A stretch of DNA of 64,000 nucleotides from the human T2T-CHM13v2.0 reference genome, Homo sapiens. Of the stretch, positions 28,611 to 42,400 are shown one piece after another. Below the pieces are notes generated by a model that saw nothing but the letters and a program-made list of their open reading frames with translations, was not told the origin of the DNA and ran no database searches. The position numbers and the translations under genes were made by a program. The DNA lies in NCBI RefSeq assembly GCF_009914755.1, contig NC_060926.1; one strand, written 5' to 3'. How positions within the stretch are numbered: position 1 is the stretch's first letter; each line of letters begins with the position of its first letter.

Positions 28611-30439
28611 ATCTAAAAGATGAAATTTATTTAATAATCTGAGCCATGATTGCTATATATGTATGGTTCAGGCGAATATGAATATTTAGTGCTGTTTGGA
28701 TACTGTCTACTATCATCTGCATAACAGCTGCCTTAGCAGAATTAGTTCAATAGGTTATACTTCTGTACCTTTGATTTTAAAATACATAATTGTATTTAAA
28801 AGAAATGTATTAGCCTCTTGTATATAAACCTTTACTACTGTCCCATCAGTCTGGTAGGAAGATTTCTTGCCATTTGATAAAAGGAAAAACTGACACTGTT
28901 TCTAAGAAGCACCAAAAGTTAGTCAATTATGAGGACATTCCCAGATATTTTTTAGCAGAATAAACTTAGATGTACCCTTCCATATTACCTCAGGTCTTTG
29001 AGTGTCTATTTAGTCGTCAATTGGCAGTATCTAGTCCTCTTAATTTAACACAATTAGCATTTCTGAAATTAATCACCAAAGCATTCTAAATTACGCTGTT
29101 TGCTAATAGGAAGGACTCACTTTCCATGGAGGGCTATTTTTAAAATACCTGCTTCAGTGCAAGAATTTCATCTGCTTCAGCAAGTATTGTGGGTGTGCCT
29201 ATGAGTGTGTGTGTGCTGTAGTGAGCTATACCTATCACTGCCTTTTTGCATTCTTGGCCAAGATACCATGCCAATCAGGCACAATAATGCACAATACAAT
29301 AACAAAACTCAGACAAGACTGGGTGAATTGCTTAACCGCATGTGTCTGGTACATTTAGAACAGACAGTTGATCTGGTAGATTCAGGAGACATAGAACAGT
29401 CTTTCCAGGTGCTAAAATTCACTGGATATTTCAGTTAAGACAATAATATACATATTAAGAAGCACCTAACAAAAAGACACTGTCTAGTTAATTGTATAAC
29501 AAAAGAGAGTCTTTGTTAAGGGACTTAATGCAGAGCCCAGCCCAGAAAGCCCAAGAGCTGGTGGAAAAGGATTTCAGGAAAGAAAGGAGAGGAATGTTAA
29601 CCAAGCTAACCAGCTGAAGCTTATCACTTCCCCAGAAGTTGCGGTCTTTAGACCTGTTTGTGTAAGAGGTAATAAAACCTGGCAGGCTGGTACCTGTTAA
29701 GATGCCAACATAGGTGGTTTGTTCATGCAACCTGAAAGTCGGCTCTGCGCTCCTCCATGTGGGGGCTGGAGTAGCTACCTGGCCCTTGTCCTGGCCCTGG
29801 GGCTAGAGTCAGGGAGGCAGGGAGCAAAGTAAAGTTTGAGAAAAAAAAATCAGCTTTGGCCCCAGTGCCACCCTCTTTTCTCTCAGTCTCTGCTTGCAGT
29901 GTTGCAACTGTGTTTGGGGGTGTATGCTAACTTTGGGAAGACGTTGGCAGAGTGCTTTGAATGGCTATGTCATTTTTCATACAGCTGTTTTCTACCCAAG
30001 TTTTCTGGTTAAGTAGCATTTTTGCTTTGGTTTGCTTCCCCATTTTGACATCAATCTGTGTCCAGTGTTCTTCAGTGGTTCTCAGAGACTTGGCATCTGG
30101 CTACACTGATGTGATTCAGGTGCAAACACAGACGGTTGGAGAGAAAGTGCCTCTACTGGAAAATGCCTCTAGAAAGCACTTCTGAGAAGCTTGCTCTTTG
30201 CCACAGATACTGCTTTGCTCCATTCTAGCTTGGTTTGGCATACCCATAAATGTCTCCATACGGTTTATTAGGTTTTTGGTAGTAAGCTTATTCTAAAATA
30301 ATTGGCTAAATGAAATGAAAACAGTCACAACTTGTTCCATAAAGAGATGATCTAATTTCAGCAAATCAGTGCCACTCGTTCTGGATTTTATCTTATAGTT
30401 TGTAAACATGGAGCAGGTAAGAAGTATGAGGCAGGTTGA

Positions 30440-30485
30440 CAGCATTGTCTAGGTTGTGCACTGAACATCCTGGGGTACACCATTT
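30440..30485. mobile_element. MER91-like hAT-Tip100 fragment
   Basis: ttgtctaggttgtgcactgaaca...ggggtacaccatt. Confidence 0.4.
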
Positions 30486-30526
30486 AAATAGGCTTCTTTG
30501 AGTACTGACAAAATGACTCACCTTGC

Positions 30527-32488
30527 TGATGGCAGCGGCAGGCCATCCGGAGGGGCCGCTGCTATCATGTGGGCTGCAGTGGGGAGGCGCAAGAGGCGGC
30601 AGCAGGAGCAGCTGTGAGAGCAGCAGTGGTGGCGGTGGGTCCCCTGTACCCCGCGTCCCCGAGGCAGCCGACTGCACCACCCCCACCCTCGCACGGCCGG
30701 GCAGCACCTGCTCTCGCGCCCGGCCTCCACCGCGGCCTCAACCTCACTTCCCACTGCATGCTGGGGGAGGTGAATACCTGGCCGACAGCGCAGCTGGTAC
30801 ACGCAGGGCCGGCCCTAGGAGCGTCAGGTTCATTTGTGCCGGGTTGGCCCGAGTGCTGCGCCACCTGCACCTCACCCACTGCCCTGGGAGCTGAGCCAGT
30901 CTCCCACCGGTGGGGGAGCAGCGCGGTCAGGCACAGAGGGGCGGGCAGAGAGAGGCCCCAAGGTGGAGCTGGGTCTGGGGCAGTGCCACATTCCACAGAG
31001 CTGGCAGGAGCAGGCAGGATCCCTACCCTCCCAGGCGTGGCTGCAGCTGTCCAAGTTGCTGCTGGGGACCCAGGCACAACTGTACTCTCCCGGGCCCGGG
31101 AAAGCTTTCCCTTCCCCCTACAGGCTCGGAGGTGTCTGCTCCCACTGCCTGGCTTCTCCCCTCTGTTAGCGCCTGCTCTGATCACAGAGAAAAGTTGAAG
31201 ACAAGCCCAGGTGCTGTCACAACCTGGCTAGGTGTGCTCACGCTCAGGGCAATGCTAACAAGCCAGCCCCCTGCCACCTAGGCCCCCTCTGGACTTTGGA
31301 TGCCAACAAGCTTGGGAGGGAGACTGAGGGGGCACTGAGGGCAGCTTGGCACTGGTCTGCAGGCGCCCCTTGGCACAAACAGCCTGGGCGCCATGAACAG
31401 TGGCAAGAAGCAGACAGACTACTGTGGGGAGGGGGACAGGTCCCCCGTGAAGCCAGGGAGGTCCTGAAGCCTGGGGGCCAGGCTTCTAGTCCTGCGGACA
31501 AGAGTGGGAACTTGTGGTGCCTTTTTCCAGGCCTTCCCATGGCCATGGACCAATCAGCGTACACTTCCTCCCCTCTGAGGCCCGTGAAAGCCCGGACTCA
31601 GCCAGACTAGAGGAGACAATGGGAAGACTTAGCTGCAGAGAGAAGCTGCCCACGCCAGAGTCTCCTCTCTGCTGAGAGCTGGGGAGACAATGGGACGACC
31701 CTCTCTGCTGAGAGCTAAAGAAATGATAGGACGACCAGCTGTAGAGAAGAGCTACCCTGTGCTGAGAGCTGAACACTCGTCGGGACACTGGCTACGGAGA
31801 GGAGCTGCCCATTGCGGGTCTCCTCTGAGCTCTCCTATTGCTCAAAAAAGCTCCTCTTCATCTTCCTTACCCTCCACTTTTCTGTGTACCTAATTCTTCC
31901 TGGAGGCAGGATAAGAACTCAGGACCCACTGAATGGCAGGGCTGAAGGAGCAGTAGCACAAACAGGGCTGAAACACGACCTTTGCCCACCATGTTGCGGG
32001 CAACAAGAAGGAGAGAAGGAGAAAAGAGCTGCATCCCTTTGGGGACCCCAGACCTAGGAGATCCCTGAGCCAGGGCTGTGATACCCGCTTTAGGGCTCTG
32101 TGGTTCTGGGCATCTCCAAGGTTCTGGGTGCCACACTATGTTCCCCAGTGTCAGCCGTGGAAGCTGCTTATGGTACGTCTCGTCAAGCCACAGCCTCGCA
32201 GGGAGCTAGCGCCCATGCTGGTGCCTAGAGGTGCCTGTCCTGCTGCAGCTGGTATGCCTGGCTGTGCACAGTGGCCGGATCCCACGCTCTCTCACACACC
32301 CCTCACTTCTCCACACCTGGCTCGCCCTTGGCAGGCATGGGATCCAAGCTGGTAGAGGGAGCCAAGCGCAGCCTGACAGGCCAAGTGGGCAAAATGAGCT
32401 CAGTGGGCCACAGCAAAACTCGGGCAGAGGCGCCGCTGGCCACAGAGGTTTCTGGCTGGTGAAGCAACACTGCAAGGGTCCTGTAACA
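30527..32488 (+). mobile_element. MER52-family (MER52D-like) ERV1 solo LTR, 1962 bp, GC/CpG-rich
   Basis: Starts tgatggcagcggc, ends cctgtaaca; 4-bp TSD ttgc; internal gaccaatcagc and gctgagagct repeats. Confidence 0.93.
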
Positions 32489-32659
32489 TTGCTATTCAAG
32501 AAATTTAATCTTACAGGAATGGTTTTACAAAATTAGATTCAAAGATGGGGAAAAATATCCTATGAAAATCAGAGAATCTGGTCACCATTAAACTATAGTT
32601 CTGGGAAATTATTTTTTTGCATTAGAGCTGAATGTTTCATTTGACTCTCAACTTTATAC

Positions 32660-33490
32660 TCCAAATTGCATATTTCACATAAATAACAGAGTTACCTCTT
32701 CTCCAACCTCCATTCTCAGTCTCTAGGAATAACCACTTTCAACTCTTGAGAGTTATTCTTTAGGTATTTCCTCTATATTTCAAAATCCCATATTTAAACT
32801 GCTTTTACTTGATTTTCCTGTTTTAGATATTATCTTTGGACTTCCTGTATACCATGGAAGATGAGAATTGAGCTTTCTTAAATATCTGCCCTCTTCAGTT
32901 CCACCCTAACTTTCTACAGAACTATATAATTTCAAGGTAGATCACAATTCAGTGTTTGTATTGTTCTGAATGTGATTTTTAGTCACAGCTGAGTCATGTG
33001 GTATAGTATTATTATATTTCCTTTCTTGTTGACCTTCTTGTTTTCCCTGTTAATAATTGTTTGTTCTTTTGTTAGCTTGGTTATCTATACACACTCACTA
33101 ATTCATTCCTAACTCTCCATGTTCATGTTCCAATGCAGTCTGATTATTCTCAAGGCCTGCTACCTATTCCAGGTTGGAAATCATTTTTGCTCCACATTTT
33201 GAAGTAATTGCCCCATTGTTTTCTAGCTTCCACTGCTGGAGTTGAATAATCCAATGGCATTCTGATTCTGGATCTTTTGTCTGTGACACTTCTCCTTTTT
33301 CATTTCATGAGGCCCTTTGAGGACCCATGTGACTAGGGGCGGATTTCTTCCTATTCTCTGCATTGGTTTTGTTCCCTGCAAGTTCCTTTTTTTTTTTTTT
33401 TTTTTGCTGTTTTTAAATTTTGGTTTCCTACTCCTCTGTTAGAGACTTTCCTCACCTGTCTAGTGATCTCTGGCTTTCCATTCACATTTA
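32660..33490 (-). mobile_element. HAL1 / old L1 ORF1-type relic
   Basis: aataaccactttcaactc; atggaagatgagaattgagct; ccattgttttctagcttcc...cattctgattc. Confidence 0.65.
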
Positions 33491-33556
33491 AACAAGCTAT
33501 GAGAAGCTTTCTATATGGAGGAAGGGTTTTGTCAACTGCTAGACTCCATCCTGGGG

Positions 33557-33700
33557 CTGGAGTTGGTAAACTGAGGCCCATAGGCCAAACCAGTGGGTCA
33601 AAAATGACCCACTGCTCATTTTTATATGGCTCTAAGTGTGGTTTTTATATTGTTAAATGTTGAAGAAAATAATGAGAATAATATTTTCTGACACATGAAA
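33557..33700. mobile_element. MER58B-like hAT MITE, partial
   Basis: ggagttggtaaactgaggccca..ggccaaa...ggtttttatattgttaaatg...aataatattttctgacacatgaaa. Confidence 0.75.
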
Positions 33701-34594
33701 CTTCTTTATATTTTTATTCCAGTTAATTTTCTATAAAGAACAGGGTGAATGAATCCTAGTAGCTGGAATTCCGGTGGGAAGAGAACTATCTGGCATTCCT
33801 CACCCCCAAGAACCTGTATTCCTCATTAAAATGTTTCTGACCTTTTCATAGTTCTGATCCCAACTAGTAGACAGCTTTGCTATTGATAGAACCCGGAAAA
33901 TTCAGTCATCATCCCCCTCAAGCCTGCTTCCATCTGACTGCTTGACAGACAATGGTGGTGATAGAGCTGCTCTGGAAAAAGTAACACTATGCCCACACTG
34001 TAATTGTGCTGTATCAAGCTTGCAAGTCCCAGATGGGAGTCGTGGGATGTTCTGCTTAACAGTTTAGTATGTGACTAATAGAGGATGTGCTCTTTGGGGC
34101 TGGATATTTCAGCAGAACCAGACAAATGATCCTGTATGAGGAGTTTAGGGCCATAATTGTAAGAGTTTCCAGGGAAGTGGCTAAGGTAGGAGGGCTTTGG
34201 ACATTGAATTACAAGTTTCTTACAACCTACACAGAATCTTTTTAAAAGACTTTTTTCTTTTTCTTGATAGGGCAGTCTGGACCCCTGGCTGATGTAGTGA
34301 ACTTAGTTCCGCCTTCCTGACTAGTGTCAGGAATCATCTCTCAGAGATGTGGTCTTGCTACACAGAGACTGTCAGAGGTTATCTTTCTCTCACTACAACC
34401 AGTCATTTCCAAAGATAAGGGCACACTCAGGAGCATTTTCCTTGGGCTCTGAGAAGAGGCCTTGAACCCTGGCTCTGCAGGGCTGCTGTGATAGCACCAG
34501 AGGGGCAGGATGGGAGGCAGAACGACACAGATTCACAGGAACAAGTGTGTGCTCAGCAACTGAGGTACTTGTATTTTCAATAGGAACATAATCT

Positions 34595-35573
34595 TTTAAA
34601 AATGTTGATCAGTTCACATCACTATATTATGCAAAATATTCTCGTGGTTTCTCATCACATTTGTCACTAACTCCAAGTTCCTGGCCGTGGTGGCCTAGAA
34701 GGCCCTGCATGCTCTGGCCTCTTCCATCTCTCTGATCTCCTTTCCTGCTGTTTTATCCTTTGCTCATTCTGCGCCACCCACATCCGCCTCCTGTCTGCTC
34801 CTTGAACGTGCCAAGCTAGTTCCTTTCTCAGAGTCTGCATTGGCTCCTCCCTCTGCCCAGTGTGGTTTCCTCACATCTTTAGATGACTTACTCTCTTACT
34901 TCATTCAGGTGTCTGCTGAAATGTCAGCTCCTCACAGATCTTTCCTAACCATCCTCTCTAAAATAGTCCCCTCCCATCATCTGTCACCACTGGCAATCCC
35001 TCTATCAGCAAACTGGGATTTTGTCTGTCTCATCTCAGACCCATGCCCCACCTTCCTCCACTTTCTCTCTACTGCGGAGGCTGATCTCTGCAAATCACAT
35101 CTCCTAGCCTCCTTTGCCAGTTGGCTTCAAGTTAACTTTGGTCATTACTCTTTTGGGGGAGAGGAGAAAGAAGGAAGTGGAAACGCCCAGGAGATTTCTC
35201 ACCTTTTCTCTCCTTTGGGTGGCATCTCCAGATATGGCTGCATCTCCCCCATGATTCTAGCATCTGCGAAGTGGCCTTGGCCTCTGGGCTTCAATAATAC
35301 CACTTCTTTCCTTTATTCTCCAGCCCAATAGGCAATTGCAAATTCCCAGTTTGCCTTATTGTCATGTTTGCTCTTTAAGCATTTCTGACACTGTTCTAAT
35401 TTCCCATATTAAATCCTGGAATACTCTTTATTGGACTGTTTTCCTGGCTGGATCCTGATTGGTCTATCCTGCTGTATGTTTTTCATAGCACTTGTCACTA
35501 CCTGTTATTATATTATTATCGGTTTATGTGTTTATTTTCTGTCTCCTGCATTAGAATGTAATTTCCATGAGGC
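34595..35573 (+). mobile_element. L2a-like 3' part interrupted by LTR33
   Basis: aggccctgcatgctctggcc...ctccttgaacgtgccaagc...tcattcaggtgtctgctgaaatgtca; resumes ttcatagcacttgtcact...ttagaatgtaatttccatgagg. Confidence 0.75.
34995..35460 (+). mobile_element. LTR33-like ERVL LTR
   Basis: ctcctttgccagttggcttc; ggcatctccag..atggctgcatctcc; cctctgggcttcaataatacc; attaaatcc...ctgttttcctggctggatcctgat. Confidence 0.65.
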
Positions 35574-36613
35574 CTACATGCTTGGGAACTCTGGGCAGAC
35601 ATTGGAACCTGAAATTAGAGGGCTGTGCATTTCTACTTCCTGACCATTTCTCAGAGAGCTGGAAAGAAGGCCCTCCTGTGTTTCTGTCGAGAAGGCAACA
35701 AGCACAGTTAGAAAGGAGGAGCTGGGCCAAGTGCTATGTGGGAAGCTCTAGCTGCTCTAAGACGTTCTCTGGTGTATTTCCAGCTTCAGGGAGACATGTC
35801 CAAATTCCAGCTCCAGGAATTGGGAGTAATGGGAACTGGCCCTATAGGGAGAAAAAGGCACCATGGGAGACTTTGGAGCACATTAGGGGAGGAACCTACA
35901 GGTTGGTTGGGGCTGGGGAGGGAGGACTTTCTACTCAGCTGAGGAGATAGGGACTGAGGTATGAACACAATAACTAATGTTGCATGTGGGACACACTGCT
36001 GTGCCCTGCCCTAAGTGTTTCACATTATTAACTTCAATGCATAAAACTACATTAAACTACATATTTGAAAATACCAAAACTAACCACATGCTTTATTTGA
36101 TTTTAAAAAGTTGACAGTTTAATTTGTTCTTGAATTACTGGTTTATTTTTAACAGAACAAATCAGTGATATAAATAAATAAACAAGTAAATATCAATCCC
36201 AGACAGACACCAGGAGATAAGATGAATAGGTGTAGCTGCTTTGCTAAAGATAAAAATGACCGATGAGAATGAAGGATGACTTCTTATCTCTCAGGGAGGG
36301 CTGTGTACATGCAAGGTGCGGGTCTCTTCTACTGCATACCATTTTTAGCAACCACTTTTGTTTTCAAGGATTATTTAGGAGTATGGGTCTTAATTTCCAA
36401 GTAGGTGCAATTGTTTGGGTATTTTTATGATTTATTCTGATATTATTGGATTATGATTACAGAATATGGCCTGTAAAAGCCTCTGTTTTAAAACTTTTGC
36501 TAAGGGCAATTGTTTTCTGGCCAGTACAAAATTGATTTTGTAAATGTGCTATGTGCATGTAGGAAGAAAAAGGATATTGTCTAGTTAAAGAATCTCTACT
36601 TATATTATTATGA

Positions 36614-36994
<381 letters not shown>

Positions 36995-37141
36995 TAAAGT
37001 CTCCTGCTGTAATTGCACTTTTAAATATTTTTCTGTTTGCATTTCTAAAGATTTTTCTTGTTCATATGCTGTTTTGTGCATGTAGATCTATATGTTATCT
37101 TCTTTGGAAGATGTGACTTTTTAAATAATTAATTATTTATT

Positions 37142-37178
37142 AAGCCTATAGCACCCAGTATTCCCAGGCAGGCTCCCA
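37142..37178 (-). pseudogene. 5S rRNA 3'-terminal retroposed fragment (37 nt)
   Basis: aagcctatagcacccagtattcccaggcaggctccca vs reverse complement of 5S 3' end aagcctacagcacccggtattcccaggcggtctccca (33/37); AT-rich tail; TSD at(g/a)tgactt at 37111 and 37180. Confidence 0.9.
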
Positions 37179-37209
37179 CATATGACTTATATAACTTCTG
37201 TGACTTTAG

Positions 37210-37599
<390 letters not shown>

Positions 37600-39019
37600 T
37601 ATGCTGTTTATTTTTGTTTGTGATTGCCTAATATTATTTTGCCCTCCATTTTGTTTTCAGTTCGTTAAAAAATTATTATTACTGAAAATGTGTTTCTGAT
37701 AAACAACATATAGCTCAGACTTCTATTTTTAAATACCAAAGTAAAAATATCTGTCTTTAAATAGGAAAACCTGGTCACATTCCGTGTTACAATTGGTATA
37801 CTTGATCTTATACCATCCATAGGAAGTAATTTGTTGTGCTCTTATTTCTTCTTATTTTTGTAAGTTTGATCAACTTTTCATTCTTTAATTGCCTTGTCAA
37901 TTTACAAGTTTTCTTGTATATTTCTATTCTACCATTGGTATTTCCCATTCTTCACCCTTTTGATCAAACACACATTTATCTATCTATTGCATCAACCCCC
38001 TATTTTGAAGTATTGAAAACCTCAGGGCTTTAGTCAATTCATTAGTGACTGATGAGCCTCAGGAGGTGATATTATTTTCATTCCTACTAATAAGATTTTA
38101 GGGGCTTGAGCCACTAATGGAAAAAAGTGGATTCATAAAGAAGTTAGGATCAAGAAAACACAAATGAGAGATAATGCCCATTGTTGTATAGTCACAGAGG
38201 GCTTACAAGGCAAGCCACAGAGGTCAGAAAATGGGGTTAAGAGGCTTCTGCTACCAATGCAGTGAAGGATCAGCATGCAAGCATTTAGTCTGGTTTGACA
38301 TGAACCTCCTCTCCAGGAGGTCTTCCAGGGTCTGCCTTAGGAGACCGTATCTGGTTGCATGTGGCCAGGAGGTCAGAGGAATGCTGATAAGTAAGGGGTG
38401 GGAAATGGAGATTGGTCAATCCCTCTTTGGGTGGGGAGCCTAGAGATCACTAGTAAGAAGGACCAGAATTTTATACAAATGTAGAATTGCAATTAAACCT
38501 GTTACTGTATCCTCATGCTCCCTAAGTTAAACATGACTGCAATGAACTCACCAATAGAACCCTATAATGTATCAATATCCATAAAAATATTAATACATTG
38601 TTAAATGAGGGAATCTAGTCCTTAACTATTTCGGAGGCAGTGCTGTGTTTTCTTAGATCTCTGAGATCAGCTTTTCTAGGCTTCTGTGAACTCGGACTTC
38701 TGTTTCTCAGAACTCTTCCTTTCTTTCAATGGACAGGATATAAGCGGGGTCTGAGAGGAGACTGCCACCCCACAGAGCCTCCCTGACTTATTTCCCCCTC
38801 ATTCCACTTCTTTTTCCTTTTCTCATTTTTCAATTGACCCTGGAAAGCCTATCTCATCGAGAATATTTAGATTTTATCACTTTGCTCAAAGTTTTTCTCA
38901 AGATTCATCTATTCCAAGAATAATTTTATGACTTTCTTAGCTCATTTTATAATTTTGGCTTTGTCTCCCTCCCCCGACCCCCAACTCAAAAGATATACAT
39001 ACATATATTTTTCTCTCCA

Positions 39020-39140
39020 CATCTATATCATAAATCTTTAAGATCATAAAACATGTCTTTTGCTTGATTTGTTCTTTCTTTGCTTTAGAATAGTTACATG
39101 CGAGCCTTAGATACTTAAGAAATGCTTGTTTAACTGATGT
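39020..39140 (+). mobile_element. L2 3' end
   Basis: cataaatctttaaga...ttagaatagt...tagatacttaagaaatgcttgtttaactga. Confidence 0.5.
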
Positions 39141-39329
39141 TTACACTGAAGTATAAAAATATGCAGATGTACAAATGGGATAAAGAATCTTTAAGACACA
39201 AGTAGAACAGCATTGAAAATTATTTTAGGAAAAGCTATTGAAATATCAGTGGATAATAAAAACTATTTTTGGAACCATAAAGAATCAGTGAAGCTAAATG
39301 ATGCTGTTGAAACTGATGAAAGAACCAAA

Positions 39330-39455
39330 ACACAATAAAAATGGATGAAGGATGTGAACACATTCACAGAGAAAGGCAGAAATATTAAAACCTCTTAAAC
39401 ACATGAAGAGATACTCAACCTCATTTATCGTAAGAGAAATTCATATTAAAACTCA
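39330..39455 (+). mobile_element. Old L1M 3' fragment, continuing at ~46095-46440
   Basis: aaacacatgaagagatactcaacctcatt...attaaaact | ttaaaaactac...ttttcacctattaaactgacaaaa...gacccagcaattcta. Confidence 0.7.
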
Positions 39456-42400
39456 TAGGAATTTCTGATTCTGGCCAAGACTGAGTAAGAGAGACCAGCT
39501 TCAATCTTTTGCCTTAACAGAGTAGGAAACTAGACACAATCTGAGACAATAGTTTTCCATCTTTGGACAACAAGCAGTCCAGGTCTGGGAACCCTGAGAA
39601 AAATGAAAAAAGCAAACAACAATAATGAAAGAAAGAATAATAGAAAGAAAAATAAAGACCTGAATAATTGCACTAGCTCCTTGTGCCTGGAGAATTTCCA
39701 GGTTTCAGTGAAGAAAGAGGAAACCCAACACAGCTAGGCTGGCTTACAGTGAGGAGGAGACAGACTGGAGTTCAGGGAGGACAAGGGCTAGTTATTGTGG
39801 AGTACACTGGAGCGGAGGGATTGGCTCCAGGAAAAGTCTCTAGGGGATGCAGAAGAATCCTCTGAGTCTTTCACTGATTGCTAATCTACAGATGAATGAG
39901 AGAAAACTGCTTCAGGCTAGGTTAAAAACCACTGGAAATCAGTGGACAGACAGATTCCAGGATCTCACACAGGGCTGGTAATAGTTTGTGTTCACATCAG
40001 CCCAAGTGGAAAGACCTAATACATGGGCATTAAGTAGAATCCTAAGTAGTAGGGCAAAGTTGATCCTAGACTCATGTCCATCTGGACCTATCCTAACCCA
40101 GTTTAAAAGCAAGCCTTGAAATGATCCAAATGATTTCAAATTACTGAATTGTACATAAAAACAAAATTCAACATTATTTTAAGGAATACTGGAAATCCAG
40201 CAACAAACAACATATCATAATCCTCCCCAAAACTATCAGACATGCAAAAATGCAAAACTTATGATCCATAACCAGGAAAAAAAATCAATCTGTACAAACA
40301 CACAGAAATGATATTAAAAGGACTATTACAAATATGCTTCACATGTTTAAGAAAACATGGTGATTACAAGGAGAGAAATGGGAGACATTAAAAAAAATAG
40401 TACTTGGGTAAAGTTTTCAAATACGTAGAAATTCAGTGTCTGAAATGAAAAATGTACTGGATGGGGTTAATAGCAAATTAGCGTCTGTAGAATAAATGAT
40501 TAGTAAATTTGAAGATACAGCAACACAATCTGTGAAGCACATAGAGAAAAAAAATACTAAAAAAATCCAGAGCAGCAGTGACCTATAGGAAACTATCAAG
40601 TGATCTAATATGCATTTAATTGGAGTCCAAAAATGGGGGTAGGGATAGAAAAATTATTGAAGAAATACTGTTCAAAAATTTTCCAAACTTGATGAAAACC
40701 ATAAATCCAAGGAGCTCAATGAATTGAACAGATTAGACATAAAGAAAACCAGAACAAAGCACATCATAATCTAATTGTTGAAAACCACTAAAAAAGAAAA
40801 AAAATCTTAAAAGACCAGGAATATAGATACATTATATACAGAGAAACGAGGTTAGAAATGATAGGAGAATTTTTATTAGATACTCTACAGCCAGAAGACA
40901 GAAGAGAGATATCTTTAAAGTACTAAAAGAAAATAAATCTGTCAACCTAGACTTTTTTAACCAGTCAAAATGAAAAGTAGACAAAGACAGACATACAAAA
41001 GCTGAAAGAATTTATCATTAGCAGATCTTGACTTCAAGAAATATTTTAAGTTCATTAGGGAAGAGAGAAATTCGGGTCTATGCAAATGAATGAAGAACCC
41101 CAGAAATTGAAAGTATATGGATAATATAACAGGCATAGTTTTACTTTTAAAATCTCTTTAAACGCTAATTATCTATTTAAAGCAAAACTAACAATGTATT
41201 GTGGAGGGTATAGCACATATGGTAGTAAAATCAAAGCACAACAAAAGTAGTACAAAGGACAGGAGAGAGGAAATAGGAATCTATTTGAAAGTAGACTGTG
41301 ATAAGCTAAAGATGTAAATTGCAAGCCCTGAGGCAATCACTGAAAGAATGAAATGGAGATATGGCCAATGTGAATAGTTAACAAAAAATGGGATAATAAA
41401 ACCTCAACCTAAAGTAAGTTAAGAAAAGGGAAAAAAGGAACAAAGAGTGAATGGGACAAAAAGTTACAAGTAGAAATATGGTAGATTTAAACTCAACTAA
41501 GTTGTTAATCACATTAAATAGTCTAAATGCCTCAATTAAAATGCAGATTGTCAGACTGTATAAAAATGCAGAATCCCATGATACTGTCTACAAGAAACCA
41601 ATACAAAATGTAAAGACATAGGTTTAAGTAAAAAAAGGAAAAACTTATACCATGCAAACACATTAAATAAAAAAGCTAGAGTGGCTCTATTAATATCAAA
41701 CAGAATAGATTTCAGAACAAGAAATAACAAGGAAAGAGGAGCATTTCTTTGAAAAGGTCATTTCATCAAGAGGACATAACAATTTTAAATGTGCACGCAC
41801 CTTATAACAGATCTTCAAAATACAGAAAACAAAAACTGATAGAACTTAAAGGAGAAATAAAGATAAACCTGCAATTATAGGCAGAGATTCAACATTGCTC
41901 TTTCAGTTTTCAGTAATTGATAGAATGAGTAGACAGAAAATCAGAAATGATAGACTACTCAAACAATATCAGCCAACTTGACCTAATTGACATTTATAGA
42001 ACACTGCATCCAGCAACAGCAAAATACAAATTCTTTTCAAATAAATACTGATAGAACACTTATCAAGATAGACCCCATATTCTGGATTGAAAAGCAAGTC
42101 TCAATAAATATAAAAGGATTAAAATCCTAAAATCTATTTTATCTACATAAAGCAAGATTAAGTTAGAAACTGGTAGCAGATCTCTGGAAAGTCTAAATAT
42201 TTAAAAATTAGTCAACATACTTCTAAATAATTCATAGTTCAAATAAGAAATCACAATGAAATTAGAAAATATTTTAAGCTGAGTGAAAGTAGAAACACAA
42301 CAAAACAAAATCTGTAAGATGCAGTTTATAAGAAGAAAATTTATATCAGTAAGTGCTTATTTAAAAAAAAGGACAAAAGTCTTAAATCAATGATCCTAGT

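Noticed and set aside
29628-29637. TTC-N4-GAA STAT6-type motif
   Set aside because: Single short motif, expected by chance in 64 kb
31630-31835. Spaced short repeats (gctgagagct) resembling an array
   Set aside because: Internal repeats of the MER52 LTR; eukaryotic context, not CRISPR
30393-32536. Many overlapping 100-209 aa ORFs on both strands
   Set aside because: Essentially confined to the GC-rich MER52 LTR; no domain-like content
34840-35331. 163-aa ORF
   Set aside because: Spans L2 and LTR33 relics
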